Positions 34,033 to 42,996 of a stretch of DNA of 64,000 bases are shown one piece after another; the stretch's first letter is position 1, and every line of letters begins with the position of its first letter. The notes beneath the pieces are model-generated. The model worked only from the letters and a program-made list of their open reading frames with translations. It was not told the DNA's origin and ran no database searches. Location of the stretch: NCBI GenBank assembly GCA_017415805.1, contig JAFQEC010000008.1, positions 644-64,643 on the forward strand, written 5' to 3'. The translations under genes and the position numbers were made by a program. Source of the DNA: Clostridia bacterium. Lineage in GTDB: Bacteria > Bacillota > Clostridia > Oscillospirales > CAG-272.

Positions 34033-37000
34033 TCAATAGGTGTCGCGGAAGCCGCCGTCGTCCTCGGCAAGTTCCCCCTCCTCGCCGCTCATACGGCGGG
34101 CGGCATATTCCTGTGCGGTAATGAGCACCTTGCGGGCCTTATTGCCCTCGGGTGCGCTGACAAAGCCCAGTGCCTCCATGCGGTCAATGATCTTGGCGGC
34201 ACGCCCATAGCCCACGCCAAGGCGGCGCTGGAGCAGCGATGTTGCGACCTTCTGCGTTTCAATGGCGAGCTCCACGGCCTCGTAGAACTTGGGATCCTCG
34301 CCGCCGTCGTCCTCGTCGGAGTCAAAGTCGAAATCATCCGCCTTGCGCCCTGCATTGGCGGCACGTGCGACCTCGATCTCAACCTCGTCCATAAAGGCAC
34401 GGTTATACTCGACCTGATCGTTGTGCTCGCGGATATACTCGATCACGCGGCGCACCTCGTCATCGCTGACAAACGACCCCTGCAAGCGCGTGGGCTTTTT
34501 GCCCATGGGGGCGTACAGCATATCGCCGCGACCCGTGAGCAGCTCAGCACCCACGGAATCGAGAATGGTGCGGGAGTCGACCTGCGCATTCACCGCAAAG
34601 GCAATGCGTGAGGGAATGTTGGTCTTCAGCTTACCCGTGATGATATCCACCGACGGACGCTGCGTACCGATGATGAGATGGATGCCCGCCGCACGCGCCT
34701 TCTGTGCCAGGCGGCAGGCGTGATTCTCCACGTCGCTGTTGGGGCAGGCCATTTTCAGATCGGCAAACTCGTCGATGATGATGACCAGGTACGGCAGATG
34801 CTCGCGATCGGGGTCGTTCTTGGTAACCTCGTTATAGGCCTCCACCGTGCGCACCTCGACGTCCTTCATGAGCGAATAGCGGCGCTCCATCTCGCGCACG
34901 GCGCACGCAAGCGCACCGACCGCCTGCGGCGATTCGGTGATGATGGGCGCGTACAGGTGCGGCAGATGCGTATACATCGTGAACTCGACCTGCTTGGGGT
35001 CGATCAGAATGAGGCGCAGATCCTCGGGCGAGGTCTTGTACATCAGACTGATGATGATGGTATTGATACAGACCGATTTACCCGAGCCTGTAGCACCCGC
35101 GACCAGCAGGTGCGGCATTTTGGCCAGATCGCACATCTGGATCTCACCGCCGATCCCCACGCCCAGCGGCACCTCTAACGGCTTTTGCGAGCTCTTGAAC
35201 TCGGGCGATTCGAGCAGCGTGCGCATAAATACGGTCTCGCGCTCGGCGTTCGGCACCTCGATACCGATGGCAGTCTTGCCGGGGATGGGTGCGATACGCA
35301 CGGTTTCGGTCATATACAGCGAAATATCGTCGATGCGGTTGATGATCGAGCGCACGGCAACACCGATCTCGGGGCAGACCTCGTAGCGCGTAATGGTGGG
35401 CCCGCGCGAGCAGGTCACCTCATCCTTTACGCGGATATTGAAGCTCTCCAGCGTCTGGCGCAGGATGTCGATCTTATTCTGATCCTCCTCGGAGTGATCC
35501 TGGTTTTTCTCATTGAGATCCTCGTCCAGCAGCGTGATGGGCGGATAGCGATGCACACGCGGTGCGGGGGGCGGAACGGGCGCGGGGGGCGTTGTCTGCT
35601 TGACGGGCTCGGTCTGCACGCTCACGCTCGGACGCGCGACGGGCGTCGGCGTGCTGTGCGTGGGGCGGGGTATGGGATCGGGTGCAACGCGCTCCACACG
35701 CGTGAGCACCTGCTCCTCGCGGGGCGGCGCGGTATAGGGCTCGCTGTCCATAAAGGCAAGCGAATCGTCCTCGTCACCGTCCATGGGCTCCTCGCTTACA
35801 AGCGGACGTGCTGTCTGCACGGCGGGGCGTATGGGCTCCTCATCGGCCTCCGCGCTTGCGAAGGAAAAGCCACCGAGGGGCTTTGTTTGCTCTTGCGTGG
35901 GCGCAAAGCGCATCGTCGCAGCAGCGGCCTTGGGCTCTGCGGGTGCGGTCTCATCCGCACGAGGCGCATCATATGCGGAAATCGTCTCTACTGTGGGCTG
36001 CTCGACCGTCATCGGACGCACGGGGCTTTGCACCGCGACCGCAGGGTCGGTCTGTGCACCCAGCGATTCCTCGACCGCTTCGGGCTCTGCGGGCACAGGC
36101 CCCTGATACGCAGGCTCGCCGTTCTGCGCGCCGCTCACAATGTGAGCGCGCGGTGCATCGGTTCGATCGCGTCGAGGCTCGGGACGCACGGGCAGATCAA
36201 AGGGCGCGTAGGTGAAGCCCTCCTTTTCTGCGACGGGCGCTTGTTCGCTGACGTGCGGCGCGCTCGGCTGCGGCACCGTCGCGCTCGGTGTGGGCGCGGC
36301 CCTTTCCTGCTCATGCAGGATGTCGCGCAGAATATCGTCCAGCGTTGCGGTCACGTCACTCGACTGACCCGTACGGCGCAAAATGGACTCGGCCTCGGTG
36401 GGCGGCTCGACCGCATCGGGCTCGTCGTTCGGGATATCGACCAGCTCGGGGGCGGGCGTTTGCACACCGTTTGCCGCCTTTTCATTCTTTACGGGGCGCA
36501 CGTAGGGCTCGGCCTCGTCGATCTCATCCTCGCGGAACACGTAGGGCGCAGCCCCCTGTGCCGCTTCGATGGGTCGGGGCTCACACCAAGCCTCCTGCCC
36601 CTTGCTCGAAGCAGCGTCCGCCTCCTGCGTGCTCTGTGCGTTCGCCGGAGTCCCCTTGCGGCGCGGCTCCTCCACACCGTCATATTTTTGCGCATTTTTC
36701 GCGTGATGGCGGTCGGTGATCTGACGGTAGCGTTCCGCGATCCCGCGCCAGATCTGCGCGGGGGTCTTTCCGAAAAGATAGATCGCAACGATCAGCAAAA
36801 GCGGAATGGCCAACAGCCAGGTGCCCACCAAGTGTACGGTACTGCCCAGCCACTCGCCGACAAAGCCACCGAACAGGCCGCCGCTGGCACGGATCGCACC
36901 GCTGTGATAGAGGTCACCCGTGATCACGCGGTAGGGACGGTGCACCGCATCCTCCTGAAGCACATGGATGATACCCGAGAGTAGCAGAACAAACGAGGTG

Positions 37001-37749
37001 GAGAGCAGGACCTTGCGGGTGAGGATCCCCTGCTCCAAAAAGCGTCTCCAGCGCAACGACAGCACCACCAAAACAAGCGGAACCAGATACGCGGCAATAC
37101 CGAACAGACCGCAGAGGAAATCGGCGATCCAGTTGCCGAATGCGCCTGCGTTCTGACCCATTCCGACCAGGTCGCGCAAAACAAAGCTGATCGCGGCGAA
37201 CAGCGCAACCCAGAACATCACGTAGGGCACGACCTGATGCACGGCGCGGTCGGGATCGCTCTCGCGCCTGACGGTGTGGCTGCCGCGACGGGGCGCATCG
37301 CGGTGGGACTTTTTGCTCTCGGTGCGGTTCTCTTGCGTGCGACCGTCCTCGCGCATACGGCGGGGGGCACGGTCAAGCTCGCGGTCGCCCTCACGGTCGT
37401 GATCCCACGAACGGCGGTCGCGGTCGTAATCACGGTCATCACGGCTGTCGTAATCGCGTGAACGAAGCTCTCGACTATAGCCGCGCTCCTCGCGGCCGTA
37501 ATCGCGCACACGGCGGTCGCGGTCGTAATCGCGCTCGTCGCGACGGTCGTAATCGCGGTCATCGCGACGGTCGTAGTCGCGCTCGCGGCGGTCATACACA
37601 TCGTCGCGTGCGCCGCGCGCCATATCCTCAGCCTCGTCAAACGCGCGGATGCGCTCCTTCTCCGAGCGCTCGCGGTTGCCGTAAATTCTGGTACCGCTGC
37701 GCCGCGTGACGCGATCGTCCGCGCGGCGGTCTCTTCTGTCTTCCCGCAT
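34033..37749 (-). CDS. ftsK: FtsK/SpoIIIE-family DNA translocase with Arg/Asp-repeat N-terminal extension
   Basis: ATG at 37749 preceded by GGAAAGGA. TM block, Pro/Ala-rich linker, motor domain with GATGSGKS, and a C-terminal gamma wHTH. Confidence 0.95.
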   Translation of the reverse strand: MREDRRDRRADDRVTRRSGTRIYGNRERSEKERIRAFDEAEDMARGARDDVYDRRERDYDRRDDRDYDRRDERDYDRDRRVRDYGREERGYSRELRSRDYDSRDDRDYDRDRRSWDHDREGDRELDRAPRRMREDGRTQENRTESKKSHRDAPRRGSHTVRRESDPDRAVHQVVPYVMFWVALFAAISFVLRDLVGMGQNAGAFGNWIADFLCGLFGIAAYLVPLVLVVLSLRWRRFLEQGILTRKVLLSTSFVLLLSGIIHVLQEDAVHRPYRVITGDLYHSGAIRASGGLFGGFVGEWLGSTVHLVGTWLLAIPLLLIVAIYLFGKTPAQIWRGIAERYRQITDRHHAKNAQKYDGVEEPRRKGTPANAQSTQEADAASSKGQEAWCEPRPIEAAQGAAPYVFREDEIDEAEPYVRPVKNEKAANGVQTPAPELVDIPNDEPDAVEPPTEAESILRRTGQSSDVTATLDDILRDILHEQERAAPTPSATVPQPSAPHVSEQAPVAEKEGFTYAPFDLPVRPEPRRDRTDAPRAHIVSGAQNGEPAYQGPVPAEPEAVEESLGAQTDPAVAVQSPVRPMTVEQPTVETISAYDAPRADETAPAEPKAAAATMRFAPTQEQTKPLGGFSFASAEADEEPIRPAVQTARPLVSEEPMDGDEDDSLAFMDSEPYTAPPREEQVLTRVERVAPDPIPRPTHSTPTPVARPSVSVQTEPVKQTTPPAPVPPPAPRVHRYPPITLLDEDLNEKNQDHSEEDQNKIDILRQTLESFNIRVKDEVTCSRGPTITRYEVCPEIGVAVRSIINRIDDISLYMTETVRIAPIPGKTAIGIEVPNAERETVFMRTLLESPEFKSSQKPLEVPLGVGIGGEIQMCDLAKMPHLLVAGATGSGKSVCINTIIISLMYKTSPEDLRLILIDPKQVEFTMYTHLPHLYAPIITESPQAVGALACAVREMERRYSLMKDVEVRTVEAYNEVTKNDPDREHLPYLVIIIDEFADLKMACPNSDVENHACRLAQKARAAGIHLIIGTQRPSVDIITGKLKTNIPSRIAFAVNAQVDSRTILDSVGAELLTGRGDMLYAPMGKKPTRLQGSFVSDDEVRRVIEYIREHNDQVEYNRAFMDEVEIEVARAANAGRKADDFDFDSDEDDGGEDPKFYEAVELAIETQKVATSLLQRRLGVGYGRAAKIIDRMEALGFVSAPEGNKARKVLITAQEYAARRMSGEEGELAEDDGGFRDTY
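37380..37610. repeat. degenerate in-frame repeats encoding RDYD(R) units in the ftsK 5' region
   Basis: GTCGTAATCGCG-type units recur. The protein reads DRRERDYDRRDDRDYDRRDERDYDRDRRVRDYGREE...RDYDSRDDRDYDRDRR. Confidence 0.8.
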
Positions 37750-37926
37750 TTTTCCGTCCTTTCCGAAAAATCCCGTGCTTCGCACACCGTATGGCGCGCA
37801 ACGGGGCGTAATATACTACCTATACAGATACGAATATACTATTCACCTATTTTATAGTATAACACCGAATATTTCGCATTACAAGAACAAATTTTAAGAT
37901 GTTGAAGGACTTGTGATTGGGAGAAA

Positions 37927-38304
37927 ATGATGAAACGCTCTTTTTTAATAAGCCTGCCGATCCTTTTGATCGGCTTTGGTGCAGGATTTCTCAACGGACT
38001 GCTGGGTGCGGGCGGCGGCATTTTGATCGTATACGGTCTGCAATACGTGCTGGGCAAGGAGCGTGTCGAGCCGCACGCCGTTTTTGCCAGCGCGATTGCC
38101 GTGATGCTCCCCCTCTCGGCGCTCTCCGCCCTGCAATACCTGCGCAAGGGACACCTGGATTCTGCGTCGGTGGGACTTCTTGCTCTGCCCGCTATCGCGG
38201 GCGGCGTGATCGGCGCACTGCTGCTGCGCCGTCTCTCGCCGCGTGCCCTCTCGCGCCTGTTTGCCGCCGTGGTTCTGGTCTCGGGCCTGGTGCTGGTGAT
38301 CTGA
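37927..38304 (+). CDS. half-size TSUP (TauE/SafE) family membrane protein, N-terminal-repeat-like
   Basis: GGGAGAA RBS. 4 TM helices. GFLNGLLGAGGGIL motif. Confidence 0.75.
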   Translation: MMKRSFLISLPILLIGFGAGFLNGLLGAGGGILIVYGLQYVLGKERVEPHAVFASAIAVMLPLSALSALQYLRKGHLDSASVGLLALPAIAGGVIGALLLRRLSPRALSRLFAAVVLVSGLVLVI

Positions 38305-38305
38305 C

Positions 38306-38662
38306 ATGTGGCTGACGGTACTGATCGCGTTTCTGGTCGCGATCCTCTCGGGGCTCGGCGTGGGGAGCGCGGGGCTTTTGGTGATCTTTCTCACGCTCGT
38401 GGAGCAGCTGCCCCAGCTCACGGCGCAGGGGCTCAATCTTGTATTTTTCCTGTTCTCCTCGGGTGCGGCGCTCACGGTGCACCTGTTGCGCACACCGCTT
38501 TTGTTCGGGTGCATCGTGCTCCTGCTGCCCGGGGGGCTTTTGGGCAGCTTTCTCGGTACGTCCCTGGCCCATTTGCTCCCCGAGGTCCTTTTGCGGCGGC
38601 TGTTCGGGCTTCTGCTGATCGCATCGGGCGCGGCGGGCCTCTTGCGTACGCGCGTGAAATAA
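38306..38662 (+). CDS. half-size TSUP (TauE/SafE) family membrane protein, second unit
   Basis: The ATG lies 1 nt after the preceding TGA, in a different frame. 4 TM helices. SGLGVGSAGLL motif. Confidence 0.75.
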   Translation: MWLTVLIAFLVAILSGLGVGSAGLLVIFLTLVEQLPQLTAQGLNLVFFLFSSGAALTVHLLRTPLLFGCIVLLLPGGLLGSFLGTSLAHLLPEVLLRRLFGLLLIASGAAGLLRTRVK

Positions 38663-38692
38663 AGCAAAAAATAAGTTTTTTTCAAAAAAGCC

Positions 38693-38721
38693 TTTACAAA
38701 AGGGGAAAAGTATGGTATAAT
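38693..38721 (+). promoter_or_regulatory. sigma-A type promoter of rpsO
   Basis: TTTACA, 17-nt spacer, TATAAT. It predicts a leader of about 97 nt. Confidence 0.65.
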
Positions 38722-38824
38722 ACACCCCGCATGACGCTTTCTCGGTCGCAGGATCTACCGCTGTTGCGGGCTTCACCAACCTGCCGCTGGGGTTGCGCAT
38801 AGTAAAAGGAAAGGTGAAACTACC

Positions 38825-39088
38825 ATGCTCAAAGACGAAAAGCAAGCCATTATCGCGCAGTACGCCACCCATGAGGGTGACACCGGCTCTCCCGAGGTTC
38901 AGATCGCGATCCTTACCCATCGCATCAACTCGCTGACCGAGCACCTCAAGGCGAACCACAAGGACCACCACAGCCGCCGCGGCATGCTGAAGATGGTCGG
39001 CCACAGAAGAAACCTTCTTGGCTACCTGCAGAAGATCGATATCGAGCGTTACCGCGCGATCATCGAGAAGCTGAACCTGCGCAAGTAA
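38825..39088 (+). CDS. rpsO: 30S ribosomal protein S15
   Basis: 87 aa. Conserved [26 protein letters not shown] and HRR.LL.YL blocks. Confidence 0.97.
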   Translation: MLKDEKQAIIAQYATHEGDTGSPEVQIAILTHRINSLTEHLKANHKDHHSRRGMLKMVGHRRNLLGYLQKIDIERYRAIIEKLNLRK

Positions 39089-39093
39089 GGCAA

Positions 39094-39141
39094 ATGGGAG
39101 CAGGAGCGGAGATCCTTCGCTCCTTGCTCCCATCGCTTTTA
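39094..39141 (+). terminator. rpsO-pnp intergenic hairpin (attenuator or processing site)
   Basis: Long stem ATGGGAGCAGGAGCG / CGCTCCTTGCTCCCAT followed by CGCTTTT. Confidence 0.65.
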
Positions 39142-39260
39142 CCCCCAAAACCGAAATTCTCCTGCAAGGTTAGCAGTTAAATATGCGCATGTGCCCGTCA
39201 GGTGCGTGTACTTAATTGTTATCCGAAGCAGGCGAAAATAAAATTTCAGGAGGGACTATC

Positions 39261-41381
39261 ATGTCCGCAAATGCTATCAGCACCCCCATGGAGTTCAAGA
39301 ACTACAAGGTGTTCCGCTACACTCTGGCAGGTCGCCCGCTGGTCGTTGAGACCGGTAAGCTCGCAGGCCTTGCGAACGGCTCGTGCCTTGTTCGCTATGG
39401 CGAGACCGCCATTCTTTGCTGCGCCACCGCATCGGTTCGTCCGCGTGACGGCATCGACTTTTTGCCGCTGTCGGTCGACTTTGAGGAGCGTATGTACGCC
39501 GCAGGCAAGATCCCCGGTGGCTACCTCAAGCGTGAGGGTAAGCCCTCGGAGAAGGCTGTGCTCACCGCCCGTGTGATCGACCGCCCCATCCGTCCCCTGT
39601 TCCCCAAGGATCTGCGCAACGACGTGGCGCTGTCGCTGACCGTGATGTCGGTCGACCCCGACTGCTCGCCCGAGATCACTGCAATGATCGGTGCATCCAT
39701 CGCACTCTCGATCTCCGATATTCCGTGGAACGGCCCGATCGGCGGCGCGCTTGTGGGCCTGGTTGACGGCAAGCTTGTCATCAACCCCAACGCCGAGCAG
39801 GCAAAGAAGAGCGACCTGCAGCTGACGGTCGCCGCTTCGGCAGAGAAGGTCGTTATGATCGAGGCAGGCGCGAACGAGGTCGACGACCAGACCATGTACG
39901 ACGCCATTATGCTCGCACACCGCGAGATCAAGGATCTGTTGGTGTTTGTCAACGCCATCATCGACGAGATCGGCAAGCCCAAGTTTGAGTACCCCTCTTG
40001 CGAGCTGGATCACGACATGTTCGACGAGATCTTTGCCTTTGCCGAGGCCGATCTGAAGGTGGCACTCGATACCGATGACAAGAACGTGCGCGACGCACGC
40101 GTGGCTCCTATCTACGACGCCATCGTGGAGAAGTTCTCCGAGAAGTACGAGGGCCTTGCAGGTCAGATGGACGAGCTGCTTTACAAGATGCAAAAGAAGA
40201 TCGTGCGCGCCTGGCTGCTCAACGACAAGAAGCGCGTGGACGGCCGCCGCATGGATCAGATCCGTCCCTTGGGTGCCGAGGTGGGCCTCCTGCCCCGCAC
40301 CCACGGCTCGGGCCTGTTCACCCGCGGTCAGACCCAGGTCATGACCGTTGCCACGCTCGGTACGCTCGGCGAGGCACAGATGCTGGACGGCATCGACAGC
40401 GAGACCAGCAAGCGCTATATGCACCACTACAACATGCCCGGCTTCTCTACGGGTGAGGCAAAGTCCTCCCGCAGCCCCGGCCGCCGCGAGATCGGCCACG
40501 GCGCACTTGCCGAGCGCTCGCTCGTTCCCGTGCTCCCCTCGGAGGAGGAGTTCCCCTACGCCATCCGCCTTGTTTCCGACGTCGTGTCCTCGAACGGCTC
40601 GACCTCGCAGGGCTCGGTCTGCGGCTCGACGCTGGCACTCATGGACGCAGGCGTGCCGATCAAGGCTCCCGTTGCGGGCATCTCCTGCGGTCTGATCACC
40701 GCAGAGGACGGCAGCTGGGACGTCATGATGGACATTCAGGGTCTGGAGGACTTCTACGGCGATATGGACTTTAAGGTTGCGGGCACGCACAAGGGCATCA
40801 CCTCGATCCAGATGGACCTGAAGGTCGACGGCCTGACGCCCGAGATCATCAAGGCCGCGCTGGAGATGACCCACAAGGGCCGCGACTATATCATCGACGA
40901 GGTCATCCTCAAGGCGATCGACGCACCCCGTGCAGAGGTCTCCAAGTATGCTCCCAAGATGACCACCATGAAGATCGACCCCGACAAGATCCGCGAGGTC
41001 ATCGGTAAGGGTGGCTCGGTGATCCAGAAGATCGTGGCCGAGTCGGGCGCGAAGGTCGACATTGAGGACGACGGCACCATCCGCATCGCCGCCGTCAACG
41101 GTGAGAGCGCTGCCATCGCCAAGGCCGCCATCGACGCCATCGTCTTTGAGCCCGTGGTCGGCACCGTTTACACGGGCACCGTCACCGGCATCAAGGAGTT
41201 CGGCGCATTCGTCGAGTATGCCCCCGGCAAGGAGGGCATGGTGCACATCTCCAAGATCGCCAAGACCCGCATCGACAAGGTTGAGGACGTCCTCAAGCTC
41301 GGCGACGTGGTCAAGGTCAAGTACATGGGCCTGGACAAGAAGGGCCGCATGGACTTCTCGATCAAGGACGCACTGGACTGA
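39261..41381 (+). CDS. pnp: polyribonucleotide nucleotidyltransferase (PNPase)
   Basis: ATG at 39261 with a CAGGAGGG RBS. Two RNase PH domains, a KH domain and an S1 domain (GTVTGIKEFGAFVEY). Confidence 0.97.
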   Translation: MSANAISTPMEFKNYKVFRYTLAGRPLVVETGKLAGLANGSCLVRYGETAILCCATASVRPRDGIDFLPLSVDFEERMYAAGKIPGGYLKREGKPSEKAVLTARVIDRPIRPLFPKDLRNDVALSLTVMSVDPDCSPEITAMIGASIALSISDIPWNGPIGGALVGLVDGKLVINPNAEQAKKSDLQLTVAASAEKVVMIEAGANEVDDQTMYDAIMLAHREIKDLLVFVNAIIDEIGKPKFEYPSCELDHDMFDEIFAFAEADLKVALDTDDKNVRDARVAPIYDAIVEKFSEKYEGLAGQMDELLYKMQKKIVRAWLLNDKKRVDGRRMDQIRPLGAEVGLLPRTHGSGLFTRGQTQVMTVATLGTLGEAQMLDGIDSETSKRYMHHYNMPGFSTGEAKSSRSPGRREIGHGALAERSLVPVLPSEEEFPYAIRLVSDVVSSNGSTSQGSVCGSTLALMDAGVPIKAPVAGISCGLITAEDGSWDVMMDIQGLEDFYGDMDFKVAGTHKGITSIQMDLKVDGLTPEIIKAALEMTHKGRDYIIDEVILKAIDAPRAEVSKYAPKMTTMKIDPDKIREVIGKGGSVIQKIVAESGAKVDIEDDGTIRIAAVNGESAAIAKAAIDAIVFEPVVGTVYTGTVTGIKEFGAFVEYAPGKEGMVHISKIAKTRIDKVEDVLKLGDVVKVKYMGLDKKGRMDFSIKDALD

Positions 41382-41400
41382 TTTGTTCAAATTATAAAGA

Positions 41401-41445
41401 AAAGAGACCCCCTTTTGCAAAAGGGGTCTCTTTTCTCTTGTTTTC
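41401..41445 (+). terminator. Rho-independent terminator of pnp
   Basis: Stem GAGACCCCTTTT / AAAAGGGGTCTC followed by TTTTCTCTTGTTTT. Confidence 0.85.
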
Positions 41446-41588
41446 GCCAATGCGAAAACAATTCACTTATCTCTACCCAAAACCTTGGTGGATTTTTTCA
41501 GGCAACGCACAAACTACGGTGTCAGTGTAAAATCGCGTTGCGCGCCCTTGTCTTCCCTGCGAGGCCATATGTGCTTCATCGCAAGATC

Positions 41589-41718
41589 CAAACGGCAGGC
41601 CGTTTGCCCTTCGGGTTTCGATTGCGCCCGCCCACTGTCATCCTGAGCGAAGTCGAACCGTGGCATTCGCCACGGCGCGCAAGCGGGATCTCGTGGGCGG
41701 GCTCCACTCAAGATGACA
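41589..41718. repeat. structured GC-rich intergenic element (GTCATCCTGAGCGAAGTCGAA type)
   Basis: Hairpins at 41589-41606 and 41658-41675. Long-range pairs GCCCGCCCAC (41626-41635) with GTGGGCGGGC (41693-41702), and TGTCATCCTGAG (41637-41648) with CTCAAGATGACA (41707-41718). Confidence 0.55.
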
Positions 41719-41749
41719 CGCGATGAGAGCAGATAAAGGCGTTTGCCCA

Positions 41750-41786
41750 TAGCAAAGACACCCCCTGCCGCGATGCGGCAGGGGGG
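41750..41786 (-). terminator. hairpin terminator of the LRR lipoprotein gene
   Basis: Stem CCCCCTGCCGC / GCGGCAGGGGG followed by TGTCTTTGCT on the minus strand. Confidence 0.55.
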
Positions 41787-41794
41787 TCGCGCGT

Positions 41795-42865
41795 TTAACC
41801 ACGCTTCCAGTAATAGAAGCGGTAAGTGTCTGTCAACAAATCCGCATTATCACCTGGATTGCTCACGTCTACGCTCGTGCCTGACGTGGCCGTAGATGAG
41901 GTCGATCTCCACCAACCCTCGGTGTTTGCAAAGGTTACGCTCGTCAGCCCCGTGCAGTCGTAGAACGCACACCAACCGATGCTTGTGACACTCGAAGGGA
42001 TGACAATGCTCGTGAGGCCCGTGCAACCCGAGAATGCAGAAGATTCGATGCTCGTGACACTGCCGTTTGTGGGAATTACGCTGTTTTTACAACCTGTAAG
42101 CAAGGTCCTGCTTGCAGTTTCGATCAAGCAATTTCCCTCGCTGTGATAAACGGTATTCCCATTCTCCACCGTGATCCTCGCAAGGCTCGAGCAGCCTAAG
42201 AACGCTTCCGAGTCGATTCTCGTCACACTCGACGGAATCGTGATGCTCGCAAGCCCCGTGCAGTCCCCAAATGCTTCCTCGCCAATACTCGTGACACTCG
42301 ACGGAATCGTGATGCCCGTCAGCCTCTCGCAATCTTCGAACACACCCACGCCGATGCTCGTGACGCTCGACGGAATCGTGATACTTGTGAGCCCCGTGCA
42401 GTAGCAAAACGCATAATCGCCAATACTCGTGATGCTCGACGGAATCGTGATGCTCGTCAGACTCTCGCACTCTTCGAATGCTCCCTCGCCGATGCTCATG
42501 ATACTCGATGGAATTGTAATACTAGCAAGGCCCGTACAGTCCGCGAACGCATAATCACCGATGATGGTGACTGGTTTTCCGTTATACACGTTCGAAACCT
42601 GCACGTCTCCACTTGCCGTACCGATGCCCGTAACTTTGACATAAGAATCGTATTCTGTGTACTCCAATTTCGATTCATAGCCGCAACTTGTGCAAACGGC
42701 ATTTCCCGACCAAGTGTGTGTATGTGGTGGTGTCTGATCACCGCCCGATGCTTCTCCCCCGTTCGGCGTTTGCACCGCAGGAGGTTCGGTCGATCCCTCG
42801 CTACACGCGCAGAAAATCGCCATACAAGCAAGCAAGAGCAGTAAACTTGTCAGCAGTTTTTTCAT
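41795..42865 (-). CDS. BspA-type leucine-rich-repeat surface lipoprotein
   Basis: Start at MKKLLTSLL with an AGGAGGAAA RBS. Lipobox FCAC. At least 8 units of 23 aa (LTSITIPSSVTSIG..AF..C). Confidence 0.85.
   Translation of the reverse strand: MKKLLTSLLLLLACMAIFCACSEGSTEPPAVQTPNGGEASGGDQTPPHTHTWSGNAVCTSCGYESKLEYTEYDSYVKVTGIGTASGDVQVSNVYNGKPVTIIGDYAFADCTGLASITIPSSIMSIGEGAFEECESLTSITIPSSITSIGDYAFCYCTGLTSITIPSSVTSIGVGVFEDCERLTGITIPSSVTSIGEEAFGDCTGLASITIPSSVTRIDSEAFLGCSSLARITVENGNTVYHSEGNCLIETASRTLLTGCKNSVIPTNGSVTSIESSAFSGCTGLTSIVIPSSVTSIGWCAFYDCTGLTSVTFANTEGWWRSTSSTATSGTSVDVSNPGDNADLLTDTYRFYYWKRG
42150..42565. repeat. 69-bp in-frame tandem array inside the LRR gene
   Basis: TCGTGA(C/T)(A/G)CTCGACGGAATCGTGAT recurs at about 42220, 42289, 42358, 42427 and 42496, an exact 69-bp period. 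Confidence 0.9.
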
Positions 42866-42913
42866 TTTTCTTTTTCCTCCTGAATGAAACGGGCGCACCC
42901 TTTTTTTTATATT

Positions 42914-42932
42914 ATACTCAATCTTTGAGTAT
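42914..42932. promoter_or_regulatory. perfect 8-3-8 palindrome ATACTCAA-TCT-TTGAGTAT (candidate XRE operator)
   Basis: It lies in the 131-bp divergent region. An imperfect second copy, ATACTCAA-AATG-TGAGTG, is at 42939-42956. Confidence 0.5.
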
Positions 42933-42996
42933 TTGTCAATACTCAAAATGTGAGTGATGTAAAATTTAGTCAGAAACAACGAAAAGGAGGACGCGC

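Noticed and set aside
35185-36984. 599-aa plus-strand ORF, with neighbours at 34678-35386 and 35783-36719
   Set aside because: It is antisense to the ftsK linker and motor region. The translation is Arg/Gly/Leu-rich and low in complexity, and there is no RBS.
37800-37900. AT-rich tract upstream of ftsK, examined as a possible dif (XerCD) site
   Set aside because: There is only patchy similarity to Firmicute dif (GAATAGTATATT compared with AGAATATATATTATGT). The conserved TTATGT.AA arm is missing, so it is more likely just promoter DNA.
39246-41450. 734-aa minus-strand ORF
   Set aside because: It is a shadow ORF antisense to pnp, which is unambiguous on the plus strand.
41514-41750. 78-aa minus-strand ORF containing FDFAQDD
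   Set aside because: This is the typical spurious translation of the GTCATCCTGAGCGAAGTCGAA-type repeat. It has no RBS and overlaps the paired RNA-like segments.
42150-42565. Regularly spaced repeats, examined as a possible CRISPR array (also 51686-51943 and 37380-37610)
   Set aside because: All are in-frame repeats inside well-supported protein genes, with periods of 69 bp, 129 bp and about 12-15 bp. There is no repeat-spacer architecture and there are no cas genes.
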